The position numbers were made by a program, and so were the translations under genes. Shown piece by piece: positions 18,561 through 29,528 of a stretch of 64,000 nt of DNA. The notes under the pieces are model-generated. The model was not told the origin of the DNA and made no database searches. It saw only the letters and a list, made by a program, of their open reading frames with translations. This DNA comes from Bdellovibrionota bacterium (GTDB lineage: Bacteria > Bdellovibrionota > UBA1018 > CAIPTA01 > JAALKR01), in contig CBDBMJ010000001.1 in NCBI GenBank assembly GCA_965207455.1, forward strand, positions 1,120,001-1,184,000, given 5' to 3'. Within the stretch, counting starts at the first letter, position 1. Every line of letters begins with the position of its first letter.

Positions 18561-21278
18561 ATGGCCGCACCCGTAATATTCATATCATTAGCAATAGCTG
18601 CACTCAGCGGTTGTCTAGGATCTGGAAGCGAACAATCTCAACCCCATGATCAAGATGAACCCCAAACCCCACCCAAACCAAAAGTTCTCACACAATTGGA
18701 TTTAGTCCAAACCCCCCTCGCATACACTAATAGCAAGCAAGCAACATTTATCTTTGAGTGGACAGGAGAGATCAAAGATCCATCTCAAATAGTATATAAA
18801 TTGACCAAGCCCAATGAAGAACCCACCGATGGAAACTGGAAAAACTGTGACCAATGCCATACACTGGATGAGAAAAGATATACCCGAACTTATGTTGCAG
18901 AAGATTTACTCCAAGACGGTCAGTATACTTTTTCGCTAGGGATCCAAAACACCCAAATTGATCAAATAAAAGCTCAACAAAACTACAAATGGACTGTGGA
19001 TACACAACCTCCCACAATTAATTTAACAGTAACTAATCAAGCAGATGCCCCCAATGCAACAGACACCATGGGCTTTCATTTTGAGGTAACAGACACCTAT
19101 GGCACCAACAGTGCCCAATGCCGCCTCAAAACTCCATCAATGGAATTTACCCAATGGGTAGATTGCCAAAATCCCCAAAACTATACTGCTCTCTTAGAAG
19201 GAGCTCATGTCTTTGAATTGCAGGCAACCGATCAAGCAAGAAATACAGCTATGGAGTCCCATGCCTGGAATGTGATGGCACCAAAACCTGAACTTGGCGA
19301 AGATCGCTTAACGATTCCAAAACCTATAGTAGAAACTGTTCCAACCACTCCCACTGATACACTAGAACTTCCCACCGTTAGCAATGTAAGCTACGATCTC
19401 TCTGTTGCTGAAAGTGAAATACGGGTTCTGGAGGGAGAACGTGCACAAGTGGAGATACACCTCTCCAGCCCTCCCGAAACAGATATTTCTTTCTTTTGGA
19501 GTACTGTGGAAGGCAGTGCCAATGGAGGCACGAATCTACAGGAAAAAGACTTTCAAAGAGTAGATGCTAAAAGGCATACCATTAGAGCAGGAGCAATGAG
19601 TTCCACTCTTAATGTGAGTATACATAGAGACCATACCTATGAGTTTCACAAAGAGTCCTTTTCTCTTTCCTTTGCAAAAGATCCTTCTCACCCGAATCTA
19701 TCTCTTCCCAGCAACACTGTTCGAATTTTTATTCAAGATGCTGAAAAGTTTTACTTAAACGAAGACATGAGCTATGTATTCGATGAGGAAACTGATTTGA
19801 GTGATATAACAAGTATTTCTCTTACATTCAATCATGCAGACTCCCAAGTCAATACTCAACTCTACCCAGTAAGATTAGCAGAAAACGAACATTATAATTT
19901 CCACAGAAACATTCCAGCAGATGGAATCACTGTGACTAATAATAAAATCCATATTCCCAAGCATAACTACTTTAACCATGAAGATGAATCAAAACGGCAA
20001 TATAATCTACCCTTTGAAACGGAAATCTCTCTGGAAATAGAGTTTAGCAATAGGGAAAAAACCACAGTTAGCTTCACCACAATTGATTTTCCAACAGTAA
20101 ATAAAAATGTAAGAGAACAATCTAAATTTACAAATAATATTGCTCAATTCGTGTATCAGTTAACTACAAACTTCATAGGAACTGAAACAAAAACAGATTT
20201 TGAACATTGGACGGACCAAATAAAATGGCCTTCCTTAAATACGGAACAAAAAAATAAAATAAAAGATAATCAAGAAACCCATGGACTAAGCTATGCGGTA
20301 AAAAAAGAGATACATGGAGAATCGGTGAAAGTGCTGCTAGTAGGAAGAACAATTCTCCAATCAAGCTCCGTCTATCAAAGTGTGGTTTGGAAAACCTTTG
20401 ATTTTGAAGATGAGCTATTGGACTTAGAAGCCTATCATGAACAGGAGAATGGAGATCATAGCCATGCAATATCTCCCAACCGAAGAGTTCTAGGTGCTTA
20501 TACTGTCAATAATGAAGCCACCAAAATGGCACGTCATATTCTCAACTACGCTCCTAAGGTGGATATATATAACTATAATTTTAGGGATAGGTTTATCCGA
20601 TTAAAAAGAGAGCTTCTGAGAAAAGTTACTTTCATCCAAGATGTACTTGCAAATGAAAATATCGATATTGTGAGCCTTCCTATTCAAGGGGGGGATATAT
20701 TTGAAGTCCTATCCAATCCTGAAGAGTATTTAAAAACTCCCATAGATAATGGACTTGTATTGGTAGCACCCCTAGGAAATGAAATGGCAATAAGAAATAT
20801 CGACGATAACTGTGCCATTAGTAGCGAAATTCTCTTTCTGCCCTATCTGTATGATTTAAAGGATTCCCATGGGGGACTTGTTGCGATACAAGCGGTTAGA
20901 GAAGATACTGAAAATGGAGTAACAAAACACCTAGCTCGCACCCATGCTGGCAATGCTAGACACTATACCCTTTCTGTTCTGGAAACAGGCAACGAGGGCA
21001 CCATGGAAGCCACTGCTGTTTTTAGTGGAATGATGGCTATAATGATAGAAGCCAATCGAAAGTTTCGCAAGAATTATACCAATAGACAGCTACTGGAAAT
21101 TCTCATAGAGTCGGCTCAAGACATCGGTGTGGCCGGGGTGGATGATCTGTTTGGCCATGGCTTAGTGGATATGAAAACTGCCTTGGAACGCTTAGAAAAT
21201 GGCAAGCCACCCAGTTATAAATTATACCACTCTTTAGAAAAATTTGACGTTCATTCATGCTCAGGACACGCTTTATAG
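18561..21278 (+). CDS. Lipoprotein with Ig-like and Calx-beta-like domains and a degenerate S8 subtilase domain
   Basis: Lipobox LSGC; WTVDTQPP/ATDQARN Ig-like motifs; TVEGSA..DF Calx-beta-like motif; SAQDIGVAGVDDLFGHG S8 C-terminus. Confidence 0.75.
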   Translation: MAAPVIFISLAIAALSGCLGSGSEQSQPHDQDEPQTPPKPKVLTQLDLVQTPLAYTNSKQATFIFEWTGEIKDPSQIVYKLTKPNEEPTDGNWKNCDQCHTLDEKRYTRTYVAEDLLQDGQYTFSLGIQNTQIDQIKAQQNYKWTVDTQPPTINLTVTNQADAPNATDTMGFHFEVTDTYGTNSAQCRLKTPSMEFTQWVDCQNPQNYTALLEGAHVFELQATDQARNTAMESHAWNVMAPKPELGEDRLTIPKPIVETVPTTPTDTLELPTVSNVSYDLSVAESEIRVLEGERAQVEIHLSSPPETDISFFWSTVEGSANGGTNLQEKDFQRVDAKRHTIRAGAMSSTLNVSIHRDHTYEFHKESFSLSFAKDPSHPNLSLPSNTVRIFIQDAEKFYLNEDMSYVFDEETDLSDITSISLTFNHADSQVNTQLYPVRLAENEHYNFHRNIPADGITVTNNKIHIPKHNYFNHEDESKRQYNLPFETEISLEIEFSNREKTTVSFTTIDFPTVNKNVREQSKFTNNIAQFVYQLTTNFIGTETKTDFEHWTDQIKWPSLNTEQKNKIKDNQETHGLSYAVKKEIHGESVKVLLVGRTILQSSSVYQSVVWKTFDFEDELLDLEAYHEQENGDHSHAISPNRRVLGAYTVNNEATKMARHILNYAPKVDIYNYNFRDRFIRLKRELLRKVTFIQDVLANENIDIVSLPIQGGDIFEVLSNPEEYLKTPIDNGLVLVAPLGNEMAIRNIDDNCAISSEILFLPYLYDLKDSHGGLVAIQAVREDTENGVTKHLARTHAGNARHYTLSVLETGNEGTMEATAVFSGMMAIMIEANRKFRKNYTNRQLLEILIESAQDIGVAGVDDLFGHGLVDMKTALERLENGKPPSYKLYHSLEKFDVHSCSGHAL

Positions 21279-21317
21279 TCCACATGATGTTTCTCATTAT
21301 AACTCCTGGAAAACTTG

Positions 21318-22715
21318 TCAAGGATGACTTTTTTCTTTCCAAAAGTAGCCTATTTGATAAGCCACACCAGTGGCAAGCAAGCCAATATAAAACTCGTCTA
21401 TATCTTTCCAAAATCCACTACGATCTATGCAATACCACATAGTCATAAAAAATACTCCTGCTAAGCAAGCTATTACAAATTGACTATCTCCAATTTTCTT
21501 GGGAAGAATATAACCCAGTAAAACAGGAAATAATAAGCAAGCTGCAGAGTAACCACCTAAAACCTTCCAAACTTGCTTAATATTTCCTTCAAAAAAAACA
21601 GCTAAGAGAATGGAAAGTAACCCCACGAAAATAATAGAAAGATAGTGACGCACTCGAGTATGGACAGTTTTCTTAGAGAATAGATCGAAAGAAAGAGATG
21701 TGCCTGCAATAAGTAAATAGGAGTCAATGGTGGAAAGTATGGTGCAAACAATCCCTCCCACAATAAAACCACGAACCCCCGGAGGAGCTATTTCCAAAGC
21801 ATAAACAAGGTATGCAGACTTTGGATCTGCATCCGGCATCACAGCACGGGCATATAGGGCTCCCACCGTGGTACAAATATCAAAAATAATCCAAATGCAG
21901 GTGGAAGAAAGAATTCCCACTCGAGCTGTTCTAGCAGAATCAGCAGCAAAACAACGTTGATAGAAGTTTGGATCCACTAAAGTGGAAAGAGCTATAAAGC
22001 CCCAAATGAATGTGCTGGATAGAGGCGCATCTCCCAAAAAAGAAAGATGATTTTCAGGAAGGTGTTCTTGGAGAAATCCCAAGCCACCAAAACCTTGTAT
22101 GGATAAAACAACAATAATAATCACAGAGGAAAACATCACTAAAAACTGCACCACATCGGTAAAAACAATGGCTCGAAACCCTCCAAAAGCAGAGTAGAAA
22201 ACGGAAAAAGATACCCCAAGGCTTACTGCCAATAAAAAATCTAAACCAAAAACAATTTGTAGGATAATACCCAAACTAATAGCGTAAGTAATGGGAACCA
22301 CATTAAAGAAATTAAATACAGCACTTAATTTTGCAGATCTTGGCCCCACCATCTTGCCAATTAAATCTGGCAACGTTAAAGCTTCATAACTTCTCACTTT
22401 ATTCACCAGAAAGAGAGCAAAAATAATATAAGAAATATACCAAAAAACACCTTGAGTAAGAAAACTATAGATTCCGTGCTCAAAAGTAATTTGAGTGACT
22501 CCAAAAATTCCCCCGTACCAAGTGGCTACCAATGTGGCAATAAAAAAAGGCAATGTGAGTCGCCTACCCATTAAAAAATATTCCAAAATATGGGCCCGGC
22601 TATCGGACTCGCTATTCAACTTAGACTGGGCTTTATGGGAGAAATACAGAGCTAAAAAGATACAGGCAAATATGGAAAAAAATACAAGCCAATCAATCAT
22701 TCCAAATACATTCAT
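21318..22715 (-). CDS. Sodium:solute symporter family transporter
   Basis: YFLMGR, ATLVATWYGG, GGFRAIVFTDVVQF, multiple TM helices. Confidence 0.9.
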   Translation of the reverse strand: MNVFGMIDWLVFFSIFACIFLALYFSHKAQSKLNSESDSRAHILEYFLMGRRLTLPFFIATLVATWYGGIFGVTQITFEHGIYSFLTQGVFWYISYIIFALFLVNKVRSYEALTLPDLIGKMVGPRSAKLSAVFNFFNVVPITYAISLGIILQIVFGLDFLLAVSLGVSFSVFYSAFGGFRAIVFTDVVQFLVMFSSVIIIVVLSIQGFGGLGFLQEHLPENHLSFLGDAPLSSTFIWGFIALSTLVDPNFYQRCFAADSARTARVGILSSTCIWIIFDICTTVGALYARAVMPDADPKSAYLVYALEIAPPGVRGFIVGGIVCTILSTIDSYLLIAGTSLSFDLFSKKTVHTRVRHYLSIIFVGLLSILLAVFFEGNIKQVWKVLGGYSAACLLFPVLLGYILPKKIGDSQFVIACLAGVFFMTMWYCIDRSGFWKDIDEFYIGLLATGVAYQIGYFWKEKSHP

Positions 22716-22795
22716 ACCTTAGCCTCAAGTAATTCAAGTCACCATAAGCCACGAATGGAAATTTTTCAATAGAAAAGGATAGTTCCTTTTGTCAG

Positions 22796-23845
22796 CTACA
22801 GAATCTTACTATCTAGAATGAGGTACCTGGTATTGGGCAGAGCAAGCAGCCTACCCTCATGACAAAGCTTTTCAATTCTTGCTATGCTTTGGGGCAGAGG
22901 CAGTTTCCAAGATTTTTGAAGCTCCAGTAAAGAATACTCCTTGGATTTTATTATTTTTCCTTTATTTTTCGGTGAGAAAAGAGGCGTGAGCTTCCCACCC
23001 AGTGGCTGAGCTATGGACACGTACGCTTCCTCAAAAGAACTAACAGGTGTTGCTCCTGATTGTATCAAAGCAATACTGCCCTTTCCATACTGTGTGCGAT
23101 AGTCCTGCACAAAAACCACCACTGTTTTACTTTGTGCTAGGGCATACTTTCCTGTAATCGCAGCACCACTTTTTACGGCTCCCTCCACCACAATAGTTCC
23201 ACTGGAAATCTCCGCAATAAGTTGGTTGCGCCTAGGAAAATTACTGGGATAGGGAGGCGTATGGGCAGGAAATTGAGAAATAACAGTGCCGCCAGAATCG
23301 AGTATGGTGTTGAGTAGTTTTCCATTTTCTCTAGGATAAATAACATCAAGCCCAGATCCAAGCACAGCAATTGTATAGGAACCATGCTGTATACATTGCC
23401 TGTGCGCAATGCTATCTATTCCTCTGGCTAGCCCACTCACAATACCTATCCCTTCCCTGCTAAAATAGTCACTCACACCAATAGCATTACTAACACCGAA
23501 AGAACTGGGTTTTCGTGTGCCCACAATTGTAACTAAAGAGGCAGGCTTGGGAATGCTCTCCCCTTGAAGATACACCACAGGCGGCAAATATACGTTTTCG
23601 GGAGAAAAGGGATAGGTTTTTTCCAAAAAACATAGTCCCATATTCTTTTCTTCTCGCACTAGATCCATGGCTTCCTTCCAGCTTTTGGGCCTAGAGTATT
23701 TAGCCGTGGGTCGCTTAGAAAAAATAGGAACTTGAAAGGGATCCTTATCCCGGTGACTCTCCCAGTAACTCTCCCATAGGAGCCTAGAGAAGTCGAAAAA
23801 GAAATAGGCTGTTTTTAAGTAGATGATTGGATTTTTGCTCAACAT
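22796..23845 (-). CDS. dprA: DNA processing protein DprA
   Basis: IVGTR, VSGLARGID, FPRRNQLI, SGAAIT. Confidence 0.93.
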   Translation of the reverse strand: MLSKNPIIYLKTAYFFFDFSRLLWESYWESHRDKDPFQVPIFSKRPTAKYSRPKSWKEAMDLVREEKNMGLCFLEKTYPFSPENVYLPPVVYLQGESIPKPASLVTIVGTRKPSSFGVSNAIGVSDYFSREGIGIVSGLARGIDSIAHRQCIQHGSYTIAVLGSGLDVIYPRENGKLLNTILDSGGTVISQFPAHTPPYPSNFPRRNQLIAEISSGTIVVEGAVKSGAAITGKYALAQSKTVVVFVQDYRTQYGKGSIALIQSGATPVSSFEEAYVSIAQPLGGKLTPLFSPKNKGKIIKSKEYSLLELQKSWKLPLPQSIARIEKLCHEGRLLALPNTRYLILDSKIL

Positions 23846-23934
23846 ATCAAGGGTATAAGCAAATAAAAGACCTAATTTTAAGCAAGAAGAAAGGCTCTGG
23901 GAGGCTCTTTCCCCATCACAAGGTCCGAATTTTC

Positions 23935-25464
23935 TTACTTATTATCAAATAAAGAGTTCAACTGCTCCTCATCCCTTAAAGGTTTTCTCTTATCTTGCGC
24001 CCGCTTCCTTCGACTATCCTTTTTTTTCTTCTTCTTTTGAAAGGAATTATACTCAACAGGCGGAACAGCAGAACTCTCATCCGACTCTTTTTCCTGCTCT
24101 AATAGGTCCACCTCTTCAGTACCTGCCCCATCCTCACCATTACCATTCCAATCCTCAGAGGGCTCTAGCGGTAGAGAAATGGGATTACCCTGCTTTAATT
24201 CCTGACGATGGAGTTTCGCTAAACGCTTTTGCTCCTTATCCGTAATATCTAAAACACCCACACTTGCCTCCAACCTATCCAACCTATATCGATAGGAATT
24301 CGCTCTTGCAAGCGCATCTTGCTTTAATCTTTCCCTTTCTTCCAGCTCATCCTCATATTGAAATGCAGCTAACTCATCATTATCTCCAATGTCTTTTAAG
24401 GGAAGGGGCTCCTTAGCTATTTCTACCTTAGGCGGCGGATCCTCCACTATTTCTACCTTAGGCGGTGGAGGCGGTGGTTCAGATATTTCAGGCTCTTCCT
24501 CCACTACAGGCTTCTTAACAATAGTGTCGACATAGTCACCCGTGGTGGTCTCCAATAAACTTCCCAACTGAATGGTACTAAACTGGCGAGTAATAATCGC
24601 AGTAGAATAAGCCTCGGAAACATGGGTCACCATTACCTCTCCCAAAATATTTTTTTGAGGAATAGCCTCTTCACTATCCCAAACATATATGGGCGCCACC
24701 ATACGAAACAAAGCTCCTTGCTCCACCCCATCCCTACTACCTCGATTGATATGCACAAAAGAACCCGCTGTGGGAGAAATCCTATCCAAAGGAATACCGG
24801 CTACAATAACAGCAAATAAACGTACGGGACTATGAATTGATTTTATATTCTTATAGGAAGGAAATTTTGCTATAACAAAATCCCCAATTTCAATTTTTCC
24901 ATAAATAGTACGAATACGAGCCTTCACTAAACCTTTCGAGCTACCCATAATCTCTATGAACCCCTTGGACTCATATACATAACCAGCTAAATTATAACCT
25001 TGAGACCGATCTCTTACACCAAATCTATTCACCCTTATCTTAAAGCTACTGTTATCATTTCTATCCTGTAAAACTACCTGTGGAACAAATATATCAAAGT
25101 GTTCCCCTGGTGAAGGATAGATCCCACTAAACCAACGAATATAGACATCTGAATAATTGGAAAAACCATCATCTACAGCACTCAAAGGACCAACGATTTT
25201 CCCCAAAGGCTGTTTTGAATCCAAAGTAATAAACGCCGGGACTCTTAGAAAATTTAAATTCCCACTCTTTAATCTTCGAATTTTTTGACTAAAAACTATT
25301 ACTTTATTTTCAGAATTATTTTTTAAGTATCTTCTACGCTCCTGTGCCTCCAATTTTTCCTCTTTGTTCAGTAAAAGATCTTTTCCTTGATTCTTTGAAC
25401 CCCAAACAGTACTCAGAGTAAATATGGGAAAGGTGATAAGAAAAATTATAAGAATCTTTCCCAT
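23935..25464 (-). CDS. Exported protein with TsaP/FlgT C-terminal-like beta domain and charged tail
   Basis: Signal peptide; 'VHINRGSRDGVEQG..GEVMV' motif; directly upstream of dprA; no LysM motif seen. Confidence 0.5.
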   Translation of the reverse strand: MGKILIIFLITFPIFTLSTVWGSKNQGKDLLLNKEEKLEAQERRRYLKNNSENKVIVFSQKIRRLKSGNLNFLRVPAFITLDSKQPLGKIVGPLSAVDDGFSNYSDVYIRWFSGIYPSPGEHFDIFVPQVVLQDRNDNSSFKIRVNRFGVRDRSQGYNLAGYVYESKGFIEIMGSSKGLVKARIRTIYGKIEIGDFVIAKFPSYKNIKSIHSPVRLFAVIVAGIPLDRISPTAGSFVHINRGSRDGVEQGALFRMVAPIYVWDSEEAIPQKNILGEVMVTHVSEAYSTAIITRQFSTIQLGSLLETTTGDYVDTIVKKPVVEEEPEISEPPPPPPKVEIVEDPPPKVEIAKEPLPLKDIGDNDELAAFQYEDELEERERLKQDALARANSYRYRLDRLEASVGVLDITDKEQKRLAKLHRQELKQGNPISLPLEPSEDWNGNGEDGAGTEEVDLLEQEKESDESSAVPPVEYNSFQKKKKKKDSRRKRAQDKRKPLRDEEQLNSLFDNK

Positions 25465-25467
25465 ACT

Positions 25468-26280
25468 CTACTCTTCCTCTCCTGTGGAAGATATGAAATC
25501 TAAAGTAGTGGGAGAATCCGGAAAACTCCTTAATAATAACTTACGGTAATGATGAGATTGAGATACATTAAAGCTCACTCCATACGCTTTAGAAAGACCA
25601 GCTAATGCTTCAGGCATTTGCAACGCTTTAGGAAACTCTTTCTCTAACTTACTCCAATGGACAATAGCAGATAACCAGTCCTTATCTGCCATACTCGACT
25701 TCCCTGCCCAATACAAAGCACTGGAAGCTAGACCATGATCTTTGTGACGTTCTACAAAATCAATAAACCCTAGAGATGCCCTCTCGTACTTCCTTGCATC
25801 GTAAAGAATTTTAGCTTGCTGGAACTCTTTTTCTATAGGAGAAAGACTAAGATCATCCTCAACAGCAGCTTCTTGCATTGTTTCTTTGCTTGTTTTTCTC
25901 GACATATTCCGGTCTACCGTCGATACCTTTTGTATAATAAAGTCTCGACGCATGGGCATTTCTTCCTCACTATTCCCAATTTCCATTTCTTGTACCATCT
26001 CTTGCGACATCTCTTGCGCTACAATTTTGGGCTGACCATCCCTGCCCTTTAAAATACGCAAGGACTCCGTCAATACTTCCAACTTCGTCTCCAATGAACT
26101 AACCTTGGAACTAAGATGTACAATCTCCTCTTCAAGATTCACTGCTGGAGTAACACCCTCCAACTCCTGAACACCCTTCATTTTAGAAAAAGAAAGAACT
26201 TCTCTTTTTACGGGAATAGCACAATTAGTAAATAAACCTACAGCAAGACCCATAAAAAGAACTGTGAAATATACATTCAT
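25468..26280 (-). CDS. CpoB/YbgF-like lipoprotein (coiled coil plus TPR)
   Basis: Signal peptide with Cys, coiled coil, TPRs (ALYWAG, FPDSP). Confidence 0.75.
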   Translation of the reverse strand: MNVYFTVLFMGLAVGLFTNCAIPVKREVLSFSKMKGVQELEGVTPAVNLEEEIVHLSSKVSSLETKLEVLTESLRILKGRDGQPKIVAQEMSQEMVQEMEIGNSEEEMPMRRDFIIQKVSTVDRNMSRKTSKETMQEAAVEDDLSLSPIEKEFQQAKILYDARKYERASLGFIDFVERHKDHGLASSALYWAGKSSMADKDWLSAIVHWSKLEKEFPKALQMPEALAGLSKAYGVSFNVSQSHHYRKLLLRSFPDSPTTLDFISSTGEEE

Positions 26281-26502
26281 CTACCTTTAATGATAGGAAG
26301 AACTAGTGGTTTTGGTCAAGCAAAGCTTGGGGAAAGTGCTGTAATATAGCCTAGAAAGAAAGCTTTTTAAATAATACCTTAAAACATGTACGGAATGAAA
26401 ACCTGAAAACCTGCTAGGAAATAAAAGCATTCTTTTTCTTACACGGTAGGGGAGGACGGTAAAGCAAATTGTGTAATTGCAGTTTCAACAGCGAGCTAAC
26501 TC

Positions 26503-27134
26503 TTATCTCCCCGATCCATTGCCGCCTTGATACTCAGGTCTCTTCTTATAACTCTCCTCAGAAATACGATCTCCTTTTTTAATACCTTTAGAAGCACTCT
26601 TTTCTTTATAGATATCATCTAAAGCTAATTGAGCTTCTGCATTCCCCTGCTTTGCTGCTTTTTCATACCAATACATTGCTTTTTTTAAATCTTTAGAAAT
26701 ACCCTTTCCTTTATAGTCTTTAGAGCCATCCCTTCCTTTATATATATATCACCTAAAGCAAATTGAGCTTTTGCATATCCCTGCTTTGCTGCTTTTTCGT
26801 ACCAACGAATGGCTTCCTTATAATTTCGTTTAGTCCCTTCTCCTCTATCATACATACGACCCAAAGCAAATTGAGAATATGCATCTCCATCACTCATTGT
26901 TCCAACTTTACTTGCCGCTCTATAATACCAATGCAGCGCCTTTCTGAAATCTTTAGAAGTACCCCATCCATAATAGTATATATCAGCTAATGTTTTCTCT
27001 GCTCCTACCTTTCTTTGCTCTGCCTCTTTCGTTATTCTACTTATATATTCAGCAGAATGACTGTAACCCGTATTGGATACAGTGCTAAAAACAAGTAACG
27101 TAACTAAATAAAAATTAATTCTACTTTTTTTCAT
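26503..27134 (-). pseudogene. Secreted SEL1-repeat protein frameshifted in a (TA)n tract
   Basis: SEL1 motifs continue in another frame after 26739-26749, to a stop at 26503 homologous to the paralog ends. Confidence 0.8.
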
Positions 27135-27306
27135 TTTTGATTATCCTCCTAAAATTTAAACGCTCTTAATATACGTATCGACAAAAATACTGTGTTCTTT
27201 AAGCATCTTCTGAAAAAGAGAGAATTTTCGTCACAGAAACAATAAATACAAGAAATAGTTTTAAAAAACTCTTTGTTTGAGTTCCAATATCGTGTATGAA
27301 AAATAA

Positions 27307-27516
27307 TCATGCATTTTGATCAAACTTCGTCTCCAATGAACTAACCTTGGAACTAAGGTGTACAATCTCCTCTTCAAGATTCACCGCTGGAGTAACCAAC
27401 TCCTGAACACCCTTCATTTTAGAAAAAGAAAGAACTTCTTTTTTTACGAAAGCAGCACAATTAGTAAATAAACCTACAGCAAGACCCATAAAAAGAACTG
27501 TGAAATATACATGCAT
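27307..27516 (-). pseudogene. Diverged 5' fragment of the cpoB-like gene, copy 1
   Basis: Matches the first ~66 codons of 25468-26280 with substitutions and a 6 bp deletion. Confidence 0.85.
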
Positions 27517-27617
27517 TATCAGTAAATTTTAGTAAATAATAATTTGCGCCAACTGAGGGTGTCATGTAAACGCAATTCTTAACTACCGCAGCTTATAGTC
27601 TCTACAGGCTCGCTCTC

Positions 27618-29045
27618 TTATTCCCCCGATCCACTGCTGCTTCCTATTTCCTCGCTGCCTCTATGCCCAGGCCTCTTATAACTTTTAGAGGCATCTCCTC
27701 CTCTATCATAAATAATACTTAAATTATATTGAGCTTTTTTGTGTCCCTGCTTTGCTGCTTTTTGAAACCAATGAATCGCTTCTTTACGACTCTCAGAAAG
27801 AATTCCTCCCTTTCCAAAATATATAAGAGCTAAAAAAAATTGAGCTTCTGCATTCCCCTGATTTGCTGCTTTTTCATACCAATGCATTGCTTTTTTTAAA
27901 TCTTTAGAAACACCTTCTCCTTTATAGTACATATTGCCTAATTTATATTGAGCATATTGAACTCCTTGATCCGCTGCCTTCCGATACCAACGAACTGCTT
28001 CCTTATAATCTTTCTTAGTGCCTTCTCCTCTATAATACATATCGCCTAAAATAAATTGAGCTTTTGCATGTCCCTGAGCTGCTGCTTTTCTATACCAATA
28101 AAATGCTTTCTTATAGTCTCGCTCAGTACCTCGTCCTTTCTTGTACATATTACCTAAAGCAAATTGAGCTTGTGTATTCTCCTGATCTGCTGCTTTTTTA
28201 TACAAATCAAATGCTTTCTTATAATCTTGCTCAGTACCTTCTCCTCTATAATACATACCACCTAAAATAAAGTGAGCTTTTGCATGTCCCCGAGCTGCTG
28301 CTTTTCTATACCAATAAAATGCTTTCTTATAGTCTCGCTCAGTACCTCGTCCTTTCTTGTACATATTACCTAAAGCAAATTGAACTTTTGTATTCTCCTG
28401 ATCTGCTGCTTTTTTATACCAATATAATGCTTTCTTATAATCTTGCTCAGTACCTTCTCCTCTATAATACATATCGCCTAAAATAAATTGAGCTTTTGCA
28501 TGTCCCTGAGCTGCTGCTTTTCTATACCAATAAAATGCTTTCTTATAATCTTGCTCAGTACCTTCTCCTCTATAATACATACCACCTAAAGCAATTTTAG
28601 CTCTTGGAAATCCCCACTTTGCTGCTTTTTTATACAAATCAAATGCTTTCTTATAATCTTGCTCAGTACCTTCTCCTCTATAATACATACCACCTAAAGC
28701 AGTTTGCCCCATCTCTGCTGATTTTCTATACCGATATAATGCTTGCTTATAGTCTTGTTTAACACCTTCTCCATAATGGTACATTCCACCCAAAATAAAT
28801 TGAGAATGCATATCTGCATTATCTGCTGCTTTTTTATACCAATATAATGCTTGCTTATAGTCTTGTTTAATACCTTCTCCATAATGGTACGCATTAGCTA
28901 ATCTATACTGAGAAGTACTATTTCCTTTATATGCCTCATCCTTATATCTAGCTACATTGCTTGCAGTATTACTGTAACCCGTATTGGATACAGTGCTAAA
29001 AACAAGTAACGTAACCAAATAAAAATTAATTCTATTTTTTTTCAT
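27618..29045 (-). CDS. Secreted SEL1-like repeat protein (about 11 repeats)
   Basis: Signal peptide; repeated AQFxLGxMYYRGEGTEQDYKKAxYWYxKAA; internal 216 bp DNA repeats. Confidence 0.95.
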   Translation of the reverse strand: MKKNRINFYLVTLLVFSTVSNTGYSNTASNVARYKDEAYKGNSTSQYRLANAYHYGEGIKQDYKQALYWYKKAADNADMHSQFILGGMYHYGEGVKQDYKQALYRYRKSAEMGQTALGGMYYRGEGTEQDYKKAFDLYKKAAKWGFPRAKIALGGMYYRGEGTEQDYKKAFYWYRKAAAQGHAKAQFILGDMYYRGEGTEQDYKKALYWYKKAADQENTKVQFALGNMYKKGRGTERDYKKAFYWYRKAAARGHAKAHFILGGMYYRGEGTEQDYKKAFDLYKKAADQENTQAQFALGNMYKKGRGTERDYKKAFYWYRKAAAQGHAKAQFILGDMYYRGEGTKKDYKEAVRWYRKAADQGVQYAQYKLGNMYYKGEGVSKDLKKAMHWYEKAANQGNAEAQFFLALIYFGKGGILSESRKEAIHWFQKAAKQGHKKAQYNLSIIYDRGGDASKSYKRPGHRGSEEIGSSSGSGE

Positions 29046-29217
29046 TTTTGATTATCCTCCTAAAATTTAAACGCTCTTAATATACGTATCGACAAAAATA
29101 CTGTGTTCTTTAAGCATCTTCTGAAAAAGAGAGAATTTTCGTCACAGAAACAATAAATACAAGAAATAGTTTTAAAAAACTCTTTGTTTGAGTTCCAATA
29201 TCGTGTATGAAAAATAA

Positions 29218-29427
29218 TCATGCATTTTGATCAAACTTCGTCTCCAATGAACTAACCTTGGAACTAAGGTGTACAATCTCCTCTTCAAGATTCACCGCTG
29301 GAGTAACCAACTCCTGAACACCCTTCATTTTAGAAAAAGAAAGAACTTCTTTTTTTACGAAAGCAGCACAATTAGTAAATAAACCTACAGCAAGACCCAT
29401 AAAAAGAACTGTGAAATATACATGCAT
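29218..29427 (-). pseudogene. Diverged 5' fragment of the cpoB-like gene, copy 2
   Basis: Same translation as 27307-27516. Confidence 0.85.
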
Positions 29428-29528
29428 TATCAGTAAATTTTAGTAAATAATAATTTGCGCCAACTGAGGGTGTCATGTAAACGCAATTCTTAACTACCGC
29501 AGCTTATAGTCTCTACAGGCTCGCTCTC

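Noticed and set aside
27900..28900. Regular 108/216 bp repeats as a CRISPR array or DGR template/variable pair
   Set aside because: They are in-frame SEL1 coding repeats with no unique spacers; no cas or reverse transcriptase gene is in the window
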